NCBI GenBank assembly: GCA_016748015.1
Contig: JAAOMT010000039.1
Coordinates: 15,933 to 79,932, forward strand
Reading direction: 5' to 3'
From: Geosiphon pyriformis uo1
Lineage: Eukaryota > Fungi > Glomeromycota
DNA length: 64,000 nucleotides
The translations under genes and the position numbers were made by a program. Within the stretch, counting starts at the first letter, position 1, and each line of letters begins with the position of its first letter. The notes under the pieces were generated by a model. It made no database searches, had not been told where the DNA came from, and was given only the letters and a program-made list of their open reading frames with translations. Below are positions 25,763 to 39,270 of the stretch, one piece after another.

Positions 25763-27250
25763 CTATTTCCTAAGTATTTGAAAAACTTCATACTCATGGA
25801 CGAAGAATTTCACCTCCTCATCTTCTGATCCAGGCATTATAACGTGCTGATAGGATGAATCCTTTTTACAAGAGCATCCTGGACTTTTTTGAAAATCATT
25901 ACAACGAAATTGAATACTATGATCACCAAAATTGGGACCATATCTTAAACTACCGTAAGGTCCACGTCCCCAACAAATTTGCTAAGTTCAGCATTTTCAA
26001 CTTTTCCATCGCCAAAAGAAAAAAGAAAACTTCCTTTTCCATCTATCCAACTGTCACGAGAATGCCAAAATTCTGGGTTATACCCTCCAATCAGTTGACC
26101 AGTTCCTTTCACTTTGATTATGGTAACTGTTGCTCCTTTGTTATCACATAACTGATGAAAATCGGCTGGAGTCAATCCGTCCTGACTGCCTCGAAGTAAC
26201 AAATTAAAATCATATCCAAGTTGGCTTTCAAAAGGAGTGTTTTTGGCTCTGCGCTGAATCCAGTGATCAAGCTGTCTTACATGGTTTATTCGAAGAAGCG
26301 CTGATGGAACACGTAATGGCTGAGCATCTTCTAAGTTTTGATGACTCCCCGGTACTAGATAATGGTGTAAAAGATCTTCATATAAAGTTCCGGGTAAAAT
26401 TTTTGCAAATGGTTTTACTTTGTAGTAGAAGTCAACAGAAGATATATGAAAGAACCGGGATTAAAGATAGCAGTTCTCCAATAGATTCCTTAAAGCCGTC
26501 AATGTTTTCATCGGTCCAGTTAAGAACATCTTCTATCTGAATGTTGTTTCCCAATGTGTCAACTCCCCATTCCATAATTTTTTCCCATATTTCTGATTCT
26601 TTCATATTAAGGTCATCCCGGGCTAAAATAGAGGTAAGAACATTTTGATCGAGGGAGGTGAAATCTTGTGAGTTGAAGATTACAGCTGGATTAATAGCAG
26701 CTATTTCGGTAAAGAAAGCTTGTAGCTTTTTAAAGGAGGGATGCTTATATGATGTCTCATGTGAAGTGAGAAAATTTTCTTTCAACTCTTCTTCATGTTG
26801 TTTAATTAGATAGTCTTCAAGGTGGCTAATTAGATCTTCCAAAATAAGCTCTTCAGCAGCAACAAGTAATTCTAGAATTATAGGCACTCCGTATTCGTCA
26901 AGTTCTATTTCACCATTGTATATGTATCTAGACAAAAATCAAAAAATATTAAATAGTAGAAATAAAATGAATAAATATATCCTAAGCAAACTAAACTCAC
27001 CGAAGTATCACCTCAAAATTTCGGGTGAAATATTAGGTATAGAAAAGATGATGGTATTTTCTTTTTCAATATAGTTACTAGACAGGGATGTAGCAAAATA
27101 CGAGGACCTTGTTGCTAAGATCAACAAATGAGCATGAAAAGTTTTGGTATTAGGTCCATCGCCAACGACAATTCTAACTGAGGCTATTTGATTATTCAAT
27201 ATGCTCCCGAAATCATAACACAAAGCCTGTAAGAGTTGCTGGGACGCCAT
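25763..27250 (-). pseudogene. BTB-BACK-TLDc copy 4 (full length, multiple frameshifts)
   Basis: A 1-bp deletion before the intron donor gives PEILR*. There is a 1-bp insertion at ~26458 and a short deletion at ~26290. Terminal HEYEVFQILRK*. Confidence 0.88.
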
Positions 27251-27452
27251 GAATGTCTAGAAAGCACAATTTCTAGGCTTTTATAATTCAAAATAGCCCA
27301 CTTGTTTATGTTTACCTTGGGAAAAGATCTGTGAGTCATCGGTAGTGGAATATATGGCGCAGTCTCTTATCTGGTAATATGCATTGATCATTACAGTTAA
27401 AGACATTTCTTCTATTAAGGATTAACATTCAAATCGTTTCGTTTAAAATATA

Positions 27453-28711
27453 CAGTCTGGTAAGAAAAAAATTGGAAATATAAAAATAATTACTATGTCT
27501 TAACTAATGTACCAAATTACATAAAACAACTTTTATCAGAAAGTCAAATACCATATAATTTTATTAAAAAAAATTAATAGGAAATTCTTTCACCATTTGT
27601 CTTAATTATCATTTCACAACACCGCCTCATTGATCCTACTAAACTAATTAAGGTAGATTCAGGAATATCTTGTCACTCTTCCCCCATAAATCTCTCTAAT
27701 TCACTACGATTTTGAGGCATTCTTTTTTCTACATTCTTTTTAACAATAACCCAAAGTTTTTCTATTGGGTTTAAGTCGAGACTATTAGATGGCCACCCCA
27801 ACAAATCAGTTGTATTCTCTGCAATAAACTCTTTGGCAAGCTTGCTAGTATGCTTGGGGTTATTATCTTGTAGGAATCGCCAATTATCCCCCAGCATTGC
27901 TCTAATTTCAGGTAAGTGGTTATGAAGAATATCTATATAAAATTGAGCATTCATTATTTAAACAAAACAGAATACACTAGTCTTTCCTTTTTCGTAGAAA
28001 CCCCCCCCCCCCCCATGCGAGAATTTTTGTTCGATCTTTAAGCATAGGACGAATTGGTCGAGTACCTTTATGCCAACATTTTACCGTGTTTTGAAAAAGT
28101 TGAAAAGATGTTTCGTCAGTAAAAACTGTTCTTTTCAATCGTCGTTCAAGTGTTTTTTATAATTAAGGTTGGATAAATGGTTTTGAATAGTAACATAAAA
28201 AACATTTATTCCCTTCTTAGCCAACTTTATTGCTAAATATCTAGACAAATCTGAGGAATCTCTACGAATAATTTGCCCTAATACTTTCAAAGAATTTCCA
28301 ATAATTTTTCTTGGCCGACCATTACCACTCGCATGCTTTATTGTTCCTTTTTTTTGAGTTTTTTGAGGATATTATAGATTGTAGAAAGGGGTATATTTGT
28401 TTTATTCTGTATTTCTTTCACCTTTCATATTTCTTGCTTCCAAAAATGTAATACGACTTGCCATTGCATTTTTTGCTTTGAAGTCGACATTTCAAAGACA
28501 AGTTTTAAAAAAAACTATTAGTTAATATGTGAGAAAATGTTTTTAGAGCTCAGCCACTTACCTAATATTCTGTTTCCATTTTTACCGTCACAAAACTTAC
28601 CAAAAATGGTTAAATCAAACGCAATCTTAGTAGATTCATATTTTTCCAAACACAAATCGCTTTATAATATTAATATTTGTTTCAAGAGTAATTAATTTAC
28701 ACAACAGACTG
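27453..28711 (-). mobile_element. Tc1-family DNA transposon, near full length, disrupted transposase
   Basis: TA-CAGTCTG...CAGACTG-TA termini. ATG at 28490; motifs GRPRK, VFTDETSF, QDNNPKH and WPSNSLDLNPIEKLW (DDE triad region). Frameshifts include a poly-C run. Confidence 0.9.
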
Positions 28712-29597
28712 TATGATATTAAAAGATAACTTTTTTTATATAAACAAAATTAAAGTGGTTGATTTTAAAAGAGCACCTTAACAATACTTGACAAGAGTAA
28801 GCCAAATAGATAGTTTTCGAAAAAAGTCATAACTTTAGCATATATCTATAAATTTTATTATAATGATAATTATTTACTAAAAAATAAAAGTAATTCGGCC
28901 TATGATATAAATCAACATTGTGTTGCTGAATATGACTTATATATAGTGTAATAAAAATCGTTAAGTGTTTTTATGGATTAAATATATAAGCTGATAATAA
29001 ATTTATGAACATTTAACAATTTTAAAAAATATGTGATTTCGAATGAATAAATTTTAGAAATTTATATACCATTAAATTAAATATCCAATATTAAATTTAT
29101 AAAAATCAAGTAATTGACAATTGAGGGCCAACAATTTATACGTACCTCCTTATCAGATGACCGTCAGATTTTTAAATGAACCCCTAACAGTTTAAGCAAA
29201 GATTCTTAAATGGTCCTGTTTACCTACAAATAGTTCCTTTGGCCATGTAGTTTAAAACTTGGTGCATCTAATCTTGATCAGAAAGATATAATTGAAAATG
29301 ATCCTTTTAACGAGGTTAAGTTTTTGATACTACTAAAGGCGATTCAATACAAAACAGGTTTTGAATTTTTGTGCAAAAAAATTTACACAGGAAAAAATTG
29401 CCAACTAAATTTAGAACAGCTCCAATTATAAAATGCCGTTTAAAAGATATCAACTGAACTATAAATCTACTAATTTATCTGGTTTGCAAGCCTTAAATAT
29501 TTACAAGATCTGAAATCAAAAATTTAACATTTCCGGATTATTTTTATATTCGCTGCCTATATTTAGGAAGATAGTTACCTTAACCTTCATACTATTT

Positions 29598-31364
29598 TCA
29601 ACTACGACTCGGTGACCTTGACGGTTTACTATTGCGTCGTTCGGCTGATCGTCCACGAGGGGGAGGTTCAAGGGCTAAAGGATTGTAAGATGTCTGATGT
29701 TGTGGTGATGAAGCGTGGTATAATGACATCGGATCAACATGACTTTGTTGAGCTGGAATAATAGGGGGGTATGATTCGGGACCTTGTAATTCGGCACCTT
29801 GCTGGTATCGTGGATATGATGGTGAGTAAAAACTTGGTTGAGATGGATATGAATCTGTTGTGGCGGTCGGGTAGGGTGGATATGGTTGTTCTTGAGGATA
29901 AAGTTGTTGGTATGATTGTGGTTGCGGAATTGGAAATGCTTGTTGGAATTGTTGAGAAGATGAATTTTGATGTTGCCATTGTTGCGGTGATTCTTGGTAT
30001 AATTCTTGCATTTGTGGCTGTTCCACTCGATGATGTGATTGTTGGATTGGCTGTTGTTGAGATTGCTGCTCAGGGTTTGAGTTTACTGAGGAGGGTCTAG
30101 TTCGTGGTCCACTAACAGCACCACTACCACTACCCTCAGACGAAAGTGAGTTTCCACGGCTTCGACCTTCAACTGATGGGGAAGGAGATTCACCACCTCT
30201 CCCTTTACGTAGCATACTACGCCGAAGTGATCCGGTTCCTTCACCAACACGTGCAGGTGATGATTCACGATCTTTTCGATAGATGCTTCTTTTAAGAGTG
30301 GTTGGAGTACGTTTCAAGGGACGTTCTACTATAGGATTATGCTCGATTTCATTTCCACCTAGGTCGATTTGTGTCATCGAAGCTGCCGATTCTTGAACTG
30401 ATTCAGTCGCATAAACGATACTATCGGTACTCTGATGATGTGAAACATTATCCAGACTTTCATGGTGAAGATCATATTCAGGGCTTGGCAAGTTTTGTTT
30501 AGATAATGTACTTTGTATCTGTGGTTGATGAGCGAGGATTCCACTTTCCATACTTTGATGATGTGAAATTGATTGTATCGGATTTTGATCTTCTGGAAAT
30601 CCACTAACATAAGCGTCCAATTTGGAAATATCAATTTGTCCAAAGGGTCCTTTTGTAGGTGTTGGAATCAAAATTGAATCCCGATTTGACATAATCTGTG
30701 CTCCGGTTGTATTTGTTTCAACATTCTCAGCATTAAAACTTGTAGTTTGGGCTACAAGAGAACCAGGTCGTGAGGATGGGCCTCGTGTTATAGTTGGGCT
30801 ATTGGTCGAGCGGCTTGTCGTGGTAGCTGAACGGCTCGATGAATTACTATAGGGTAGTTGATGATACAAATTGTCACTCGATTGTTGTATGCCTAGGATA
30901 TGATCCAAGGTTGCTGTAACATTTCCAGGTTTGGGGGGTTTTGATGAATTTCCCGCTGAGATTCGGTATCTACGAAGTCGATGACGTCTATAACATCCAA
31001 ATCCGAAGCTAACCACTAAAATCAAACCAATAATGCCAAGAACGATGCACACCAGATATGTAGCACCTGCTGATACGTTTTGTGTTGACTGAACTGTATC
31101 TGAACCAGTTGGTGGGTTAACTGCGGTAACAGCAGTTTTAGATGAAGTTCCAGTTGGTTTTATCGTAGATGATGTGGAAGGCATGGCTGTAGTGGAAGGT
31201 TTTGTTAAATTTTTGGCGCCATTATTATCAACTGAGTTATCGGAATTAGGGACATCATTTTCGTCATTTGAACTTGAATTATCGTTATTGTTGTTACTAT
31301 CAGAGCTTGATCCATTTGGAACACTATTGGGATTAAAATTTGAAGATAGTCGATTGGAACTCAT
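29598..31364 (-). CDS. Single-pass membrane protein: Ser/Thr/Asn-rich N-terminus, one TM helix, long Pro/Gln/Ser-rich tail (Mid2/mucin sensor-like)
   Basis: 588-aa ORF. TM segment YLVCIVLGIIGLILVVSFGFGCY is followed by basic RRHRLRR. Confidence 0.8.
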   Translation of the reverse strand: MSSNRLSSNFNPNSVPNGSSSDSNNNNDNSSSNDENDVPNSDNSVDNNGAKNLTKPSTTAMPSTSSTIKPTGTSSKTAVTAVNPPTGSDTVQSTQNVSAGATYLVCIVLGIIGLILVVSFGFGCYRRHRLRRYRISAGNSSKPPKPGNVTATLDHILGIQQSSDNLYHQLPYSNSSSRSATTTSRSTNSPTITRGPSSRPGSLVAQTTSFNAENVETNTTGAQIMSNRDSILIPTPTKGPFGQIDISKLDAYVSGFPEDQNPIQSISHHQSMESGILAHQPQIQSTLSKQNLPSPEYDLHHESLDNVSHHQSTDSIVYATESVQESAASMTQIDLGGNEIEHNPIVERPLKRTPTTLKRSIYRKDRESSPARVGEGTGSLRRSMLRKGRGGESPSPSVEGRSRGNSLSSEGSGSGAVSGPRTRPSSVNSNPEQQSQQQPIQQSHHRVEQPQMQELYQESPQQWQHQNSSSQQFQQAFPIPQPQSYQQLYPQEQPYPPYPTATTDSYPSQPSFYSPSYPRYQQGAELQGPESYPPIIPAQQSHVDPMSLYHASSPQHQTSYNPLALEPPPRGRSAERRNSKPSRSPSRS

Positions 31365-32222
31365 TGCTATAATGAGTATTCCTCTAAGAAAAAAGAGAAA
31401 TTACCAAAAAATGGAAATTCTCAAGGCGAACGAAATAAAACCGTTCAAAAGTAAATATTAAAAATTTTCAATTGTAAAAATCTATGACCATACAATTAAA
31501 TGAAAAACCAATTCAAAAGCGTAGGTTTTCATAATTATGATACCACTGAAAGCCGCGTACTAAATTACGATTTATCAAAATTGTGAGCCTAATATAAGTA
31601 GCTAATTAAATCGAAATAACTCAAATAACAACGAAGAGAAAATGCATACGACAGCACACCTCTAAAGGGGACTCTATGGGATCTTTTTTAGCTTAAGTTG
31701 ACAAAAAGACGAGGCTGTGTATAAAATTTCTTTGCCATATTTGCTTGTCAACACACGCGGTGCTTACTAGTTGTAAAGCCTCATATCTGGTTTGCATATT
31801 CTGAGTGGCAAGGTTTGTATGACAAATAGTGCTATTTATACAGGAAAGAGAATGATAAAATCGAGTTTCGTAATTTGATTTGGCTTGCAGGTACGATATA
31901 ATCGATATTTTTTGGACTATTTTCAAGCTTTAAATGCTAAATAAGGAAATTTTTTCACCTATAATACCGTTTCTCAGTTCATTAGATATTTCTTCTCTAC
32001 TGTGATGAAATTTCCTACGTGTAAATTTGTATGGAAAAATTCGAAGGAAAAAGTGAGTCAATCAAGAGGTAAAAATTACTTTAGATAAAAAAATTACAAG
32101 GAAAATATTTTATAAATTCTTTTTTTATTAATTTAAAGAAGGAAAATCAACATGAAATGAAGAAGAGAAATGTCTTACATCTACGCTAATATAATTTACA
32201 TATGAAGTTTGATTTTAAAATG

Positions 32223-32942
32223 TCACCCCTCAAACTCTGCATCAATTGGAGAACTAGGAGTTGGTGTCCCTTTTAAATGTGATGGGACAGGAATATCCGA
32301 TAAATCACGTCTTATACTTGGGGTTTTTACTTTTTTCCCGATTTTCACACCTTCTCCATTTTGTCCTTCTTTCTTCTCGGTTCGGTCGTCATTAGTATTT
32401 ACTTTCTTGTTATTCCAGTTAGCTGGATCCCCTTGCTCGAATTCAAACTCGTCAGGACTTTCTGACTGTTCATCATTGTAGCTTTTTCCTGGGTAATATG
32501 GTTGAAAATCTCGACCTCCTGGTGATGATACTACAACATATGGTGGCGCTTTTTCGTCTGCTGAAGTTTCATCGATGATATTTAAAAATTTGAGAGATCT
32601 AGAGCGAGGTAATTTTATTGCTATTTTTGCTTTCTGTCTTTTGCTGCGTATGAAGATAACGCATAAGGCTAAAACGGTTATCAAGCTTATTGATACTAAG
32701 ATACAAACTCGGATGAAGTCCTGTGTGGTCACGGTGGGATTTTTTTCGGAGTTTCGTATTATTGTCGAGGTAGCAAAGATTGAAATTGATGATGTTGAAC
32801 TTGGGTTTGTAAAACTAGTTATTAATTCTTTGTCAATAACTACCTTTGACAAATTTGCATCCCCAATTATTAGCTTAACACCAAAGAATAAGATCAAAAC
32901 AAGCAGACTTCTCCACCGCTTTTTGCCTAGAAAACCCATCAT
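32223..32942 (-). CDS. Type I membrane protein (signal peptide, S/T-rich ectodomain, one TM helix, PPY motif in tail)
   Basis: 239-aa ORF with two hydrophobic segments, a basic stop-transfer RSKRQKAK and APPYV. Confidence 0.75.
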   Translation of the reverse strand: MMGFLGKKRWRSLLVLILFFGVKLIIGDANLSKVVIDKELITSFTNPSSTSSISIFATSTIIRNSEKNPTVTTQDFIRVCILVSISLITVLALCVIFIRSKRQKAKIAIKLPRSRSLKFLNIIDETSADEKAPPYVVVSSPGGRDFQPYYPGKSYNDEQSESPDEFEFEQGDPANWNNKKVNTNDDRTEKKEGQNGEGVKIGKKVKTPSIRRDLSDIPVPSHLKGTPTPSSPIDAEFEG

Positions 32943-35012
32943 TGATCAAAATTGCTGGTGGTTAAAGTCAACTATTAATATCTACAAAATATCTGTCACT
33001 GCTATCCTTCATGAATTTAGAACTTGTGCTAATCCTTTCAATTTTTAATCGACTAACATCCAAGGCATCTTATACCAACAATTACCCATTTTGGGTGTCT
33101 CGTTGTACTACTCTTGTCATGAGGCGGTGGTAAGTAGATTAAGTCTTTCTTGTTAATAGGCTTGTCTTGCTCTTTCGTAAATTTCTTTGAGATTTGATAT
33201 GATAACCAAATTCAAGGTATTTCATGCGGGGTTATCTAAAAAATTTAACGCATATTTTTACCTGATCAAACGTGGCTTTCGCATGAAATTTTAGATTTTA
33301 CCAGACATGGCTATGCTTAAACATTGTTATTAAGCCATGTTGGCAATTTTCAAGAGTACAAAATTCTAAGCCTCATTTTTGGTAAGATATTTAAAACCAA
33401 CTGGATTGAGCAGACCAACTCAGTGAGATTATTGGAATCAGGATTTTGAGGTGGAAGATCATATAACATATGAATGAGATTTCAAAACTTGCCTTGCTAT
33501 TCTAAATTGGATTCCAGTGTAAGGAGTGGCCGTGACAGATATATGCCTATCCAGTATCATTAATGAGAGTCACAGTATCAACTCTTGATTACTTACAGTA
33601 ATTTTCTAATGTAGAAATCTATGAACTTTGGAGATTTATTAATCCTTAATTTCTCTTATGAACGTTCAATTAGGCAAATGGTTCCTTATAATAGAAAAAA
33701 TAATGGGATTTTCATAATGTTATGTGTATTTTATTTTGATAGCTTAGTGTTTCTCGAAAACAGAAAAGTCGAAAAAGTCATGACCAAATCTCATACTTTA
33801 AGCCCAATTCATTGAAGCCACATTTTAAACAGGGTAAATTTAGGGTTATAATAAAGGAGAAAATACGGGAGGTTCGTGACCCATCTCATTCAAACTGAAT
33901 TTTATGGGCTTTAAATATTTTTGATGAACATATTTTTTGTAGGATCCTGAAGGAAACGTAATGTAAATATATGCTTATAACCAAATGCTTGTCTAAATTA
34001 TTGTGTTTTAATTGTAGGTATATGAAGCCAAATTCTGGACAAATTTTTAGTTCTCAATAATTTTTCCAGAGAGATTTTTTCTTGTAAGATTAATTATAAA
34101 TGATTTTGGACTAATAAAAAACTTAATTGGAATATTAGAATTTTTATAATTTATTAGCATTATCATTGCTATTTGAGTTATTGAGAAGTTCAAAATAGAT
34201 ATAAACGGATATTTTGTTGAGAGCATATTATTTTTTATTGAAAGGAGGCGTGCGTGTAAATGAGATTAATGTCAATTAAAAATACCTGGTATTTTCCAGA
34301 GATTCAGAATCATCAAAGTGTACCGAGTTATGAATATTTGGTAAGAAAAAATTTGATCACAAAATTTAAAAAATTTCGAAATTTGTATTATAATCTACAT
34401 TCCAATTTTTATTTACTTTCAATTGTCATTCGTTTTCTCCTTATTATTATTATTATTATTACATTATAGTATAACTTTATTTGGTATTTTTTGGGATATA
34501 AACTTTCATTAAATTTGTTTACAAATAACTTTATTCTCACACGCACATATTAAAGTAACAAGAAAATACATTTGTCTAAGGTAAAATAATTATTCAATCA
34601 TTAGTGTAACAAATTGGAAAATTTTAGCTTCCAAAATAAAAGATTTGATTTTTTGTTAATCTTTTATGTTAATTATTGGGGTCAATGGAAAAAAGTGAAA
34701 ACTGAAATTTTCAGATACCAGATCATATAAATATTTGTTACGTTTATATAATATAAATGTTTTTTTTTTAAAAATAACATGATTTTCTTGTTTGCCTTGC
34801 ATTTTTTAAAAATTTAAAAGGAAAGATTTCATCGTTTCAAAATTAATTTAGAATTTACAAAATTTATTTCTAAACATATTTTTATAACAATTTAGTCACC
34901 AGGATTAGAATGCTTTGGATGGCAAATTTTCAATCTATAAAGATTTTCCACGCTTGAAACTAGCAGTTTATTAAATTATTAGACTACAAAACAAAGACTT
35001 CAGCAGATTATC

Positions 35013-36672
35013 TTATAAGATAGTCCTATTTCTCACCAATCTGGGACTTTTCAAAGATCCTGGTACCACTTGAAAGACTTCATAATCATCCACAAAGAAA
35101 TTTACTCTTCCATTTGCAGCTTCCTCTAAAACAGGAAACTCATATGAGTTTGATTTTTTACAATGACATCCAAGTGTTGTTTGGAAATTATCGCTACACA
35201 AAGCCAAATCATGGCCTTTACCAAAAATTGGACCGTAGGAGGATGAATACGCAATTCCATCACCAGATTGGAATCTACTGATTTTAGCGTTTCTTGTTCT
35301 TCCGTCTCCCAAAGAAAAAATAAAACTTTCATCACCTTTGATCCATGGGTTACGTGGATCCCAGCTGACAGGGTTATAACCACCAATCATATTTCCAGAT
35401 CCCTTGACTTTGATGACGATTATTGTGGCTCCTTTTTTATCGCACAGACGATGAAAATCAGCTGGCGTGAAGCCATCTCTACTGCCACGAAGTAAAAGTT
35501 TTAGCTCATATTGAGATGTGGCTCTCGGAGGTGTCATTTTATCATTTCCTTCGATCCAAGCACTTATTCTACGTATATGCTTTGCTTTCAATAGTGTGGA
35601 AACAGAATTAAATAAGGAAGGTAATAAAGAGATCCTTCCAACTGGCATTGTTTGAGTAGAGTTTCGTGTCGATGGTGGTATACTTTGAGATGGAGGAAAT
35701 GAAGGTGAGGGCGAAATTCGATTTATTATCACAGAATTTCGGATAGAGTTTCCATCAACCAAAAAGTGACGCAGCAATTGTTCATATAAAGCCGCTGGCA
35801 ATATCCTTGCATATGGTTTGACTTTGAAATAAAACTCATCAGAATCCATATTAAAAAATCGAATCAACGGAATCAACTGTTTTAATGTCATTTGCAAATC
35901 ACTAAAGTCTTTTTGAGACCACGTTTTAACATTTTCTTTGATCGAGGGATTCTGAGCAATACCCCATCGTAGTATATTTTCCCAAATATCGACTTCATCA
36001 ACATCCAAGTCATCTCTCTTTAGCATTTCTAATAAGGACGTTTCTTGGAATGATATGAAGTCATCAGATTTAAACAAGATGGTTGGAAAACCTGTTAACA
36101 AATCTTTACAATAGTCTTGAAGTTTAGTGAAGGATGCAAAGAGGTAGGCGGTTTGATGAACGGCGATAAAATTTTGTTGAAGTGATTTTGAATAGTTTTC
36201 AATTAAATGATCTTGAATATAGTCGATAATTTCTTCAAGAAAAAATTCATCTGCTGCCACTAGTATGTTAAAAACTGTGATTAAATCAAGCCCCTCCAAG
36301 GAGATATTGCCACTATACAGATATCTAAATAAAAAAATAGATCGTAAGTAGAGTTTAAAAATGATGAGATATAAAAATGAAATTTATAAAGAATTCTAAA
36401 TAATTAATATACTTTAAAATAATTTCAAAAGTTTTGGGTGCCATATTTGGCTTCTTTATAATATACAAATTATTCTCACGTTTCACCCAATCATTCTTTA
36501 ATGCAGCCGCAAAATAAGGTGATCTAGCAACCAGCACAGCCAAATGAGCTTGAAACGTTTTCTTGTTCTGTTCCTCGCCAACAGTAATAATTGCATCATA
36601 GAAAACGTTACTTTCTAACAACGAAGTCAAATCTTGAGATAAATTAGCGAAAAAATTTTGATTTGGTGCCAT
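35013..36672 (-). CDS. BTB-BACK-TLDc protein (copy 5, intact, divergent, 523 aa)
   Basis: Exons 36672-36413 and 36324-35013 join in frame; intron at the same position as in the other copies. Extra Pro/Ser-rich linker before TLDc. Confidence 0.93.
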
Positions 36673-38229
36673 TATTTATCAATATTTCGTTATTGATATT
36701 TGCAGTTTTAGGGATTGAGTATTTCAATTTTCAAATAGTTGTGGAGTCTAGCTTCGAAGTATGTGTGAAATCAAGAAGATGGAAGGGCTTGTTTTGATTT
36801 TCAATTTTTTTTTGAAACATATTTGATTTATATAACTTTCGGCGATATAGTTTTTTATTTGCTTTAGGTAAAAAAAATATTATACTGTTTGGCTCTCTTC
36901 CTATCATTAAGTTGTGCAAATGACTATTTGGTTATAATGAATCGTTATCACACACTTAAAGATTGTACTACATTGGTGAAATGAAATTTAATATCATCTC
37001 GGGAAGCTCGCATTTGAATATTCTAAATGTAAATATTTTCAATTTTGCGAATTTTGAGCACTTCTAAAATTCTTTTCATGTGTGTTAAGTTCCTTTTATA
37101 GAATAAAATTTTTTTAATGCCAAAGCTTATAATTCTCACAGTATATATACAAATACAAATAAACTGAAATTAAAGAAAATTCAAATATCTTTAAATTTCA
37201 GTTCAGAGATGAGATTTTAAAAAAGTATTTCAAAGTGCAAATTGTTTCATTAATTTTTTTTCTAAACTTGAAGATTTTATCTGACCGTTGGCATGATAAA
37301 TTATGTAGTCTTTACCGAATATATTCTAAAAGAAAAGTTTTTCCATCATTTAAAAATGTCGGGTCTTTGCAAGCCGCAAATTTAATTTCACTTAATAGTC
37401 TAAACCATTCTTGAATCATTTCTTGTTTAATTTCCAATTTAAGAATTATTTGATTTGTGAAAAATTTGTTTCTTGATGAATTTTAATCAAGCTGAAACTG
37501 TTTGCTATAATCAGTTTTGGTTTTGTTTCCGAAATGTTTCGAAAACAATGTTCCACATGGTTCTAGATAGGAATTACATTTTTCACACACCCTGATTGCC
37601 ATGGGGTTTAACAAAGATGATCTACAGTCAAACTTATGTTTTCGAAATTTTTACGTAAGAGTAAATTTATGAGTATGGAAATTTTTTTATTTCAAGTTGA
37701 AATTCCTATATTCATTTTTTTACTTTCCCAGTATTAAGTATATGACGTTCAGAAAATTATTATATATATGCGGCAAAGAGTTGTACCAAGTCAGTTAAAT
37801 TTTTATCCCCTTGAATGAATTGTTGTATTGCTAAGAATCTGACTGATAAGTCTAGAAGATTCTTATAGATGATTAACTTTTGTGTATGAATGCAGGCACT
37901 ATTTTATATCGAGCATTTAGAAATTAAATTTTATCGAATTCCAAGATTTTAATAAAAAAGAACTTAATACAGTAGTTAAAGAACATCGGGATACTCATGG
38001 TAGACACTTATATTGGTATGGATCTTCCAACGAAATATTATATCTCAATGTTTACAACCTTGAAACTCTCGCAATAATAACCTTAATGTGAACTTGAACA
38101 TTAAAAAGTTTTTTCAATGAAAAGGAACTTTGTATTCTCTAAAAATTGCTAAAAAATTTATCTTTATATATCTTAAAATTTATATTTCAAATTTCAAGAA
38201 GCGTGTAACAATGATTAAATGTAAATGTG

Positions 38230-38605
38230 CATTTAAAAGTCACAAACACTTATTGTTATCAAAGTAAAGGAGGTCGACTGATTGACAGCTAGTACACAAG
38301 AACCTTGGCATTCTCGGGGTGATTGGATAGAGAGAAAAAGAATTTTTATTTTTCCCTTGGAGATAGAAAGCTGAATGTGATAAACTTGAAAATTTTTGTT
38401 AGCGGATATGGACTATATGGTTACTCTAATTTGGCTCGTATAGTATTATAATAAAAGATGATAATTTTTAAAATAGCCTAGATGCTCTTGTCGAAAGGAT
38501 AAATTTTACAAACATTTTATAATGACTGGTTTAGAAAATTAAATAGTAGACTTCTTTGTGGAGGAGTATAAAGTATTTCAAATAATTAAAATAAAAAACT
38601 TAGTT
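38230..38605 (+). pseudogene. Degenerate TLDc 3' fragment
   Basis: IVIKVK..PWHSRGDWI..FFVEEYKVFQIIK. The following 38630-38790 matches the 3' flank of copy 1 (13740-13880, reverse complement). Confidence 0.8.
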
Positions 38606-39132
38606 TCACATAATTCAATCAGCTATGTTTTTAGTTTGTTTCAAATAGCGCCCCTAATTTGGAAATTTGTACTAAGAGTCTTCTATAGTTTATTACTCTA
38701 AGCATAATAAAAGGACTAAATTGGATATGTAATTTTATTTCATTTATTTTAATAGTTAGCAAGTTCTGAGAGAATTTTATTCTATGAAGTTATTTTTGAA
38801 GAATATTTTCTTAAAATTGTAGAAAAAAAAGGATTGCTTACATAAAAGTATTTTTTTGGTTCTTAGACATATTTATAAAATTTTATATAAGTTTTTTACA
38901 TTAAATCGGTAAAAGTTCAAACCAATGTAAGCTTTATAAGGGAGACCTCTGGAAATAATTCACAATTCAAATTTCAATTTATTAATTACTATTAATAATT
39001 GTGAAATATGATACAATTTGGACAATTTTCAAACAATTAGTTTGGATAATTCCAAACTCAACTATTTAATAATTCAAAGAACAATTGAATTACAGCCAAT
39101 AAAATCTTTTCACCATTATAAATAATTTCAAA

Positions 39133-39270
39133 ATGGCTTTAACTTACAAGCTTTGTATCACAATTTCGGGTATTTTTTGAACACTCAGAATTTCTTTAAT
39201 GTTAGGATTATGGTTGGCATCTAATACCAAAAATTTTCGTGCTCATTCGCAAATTTTAGCAGCAAGATCG
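39133..39270 (+). pseudogene. Degenerate BTB exon-1 fragment
   Basis: atggc..caagctttgtatcacaatttcgg..aattttcgtgctcattcgcaaattttagcagcaagatc matches the exon-1 segment FHAHSxILAARS. Confidence 0.75.

Noticed and set aside
29734-31461. Several overlapping short ORFs on both strands
   Set aside because: Shadow frames of the 588-aa gene.
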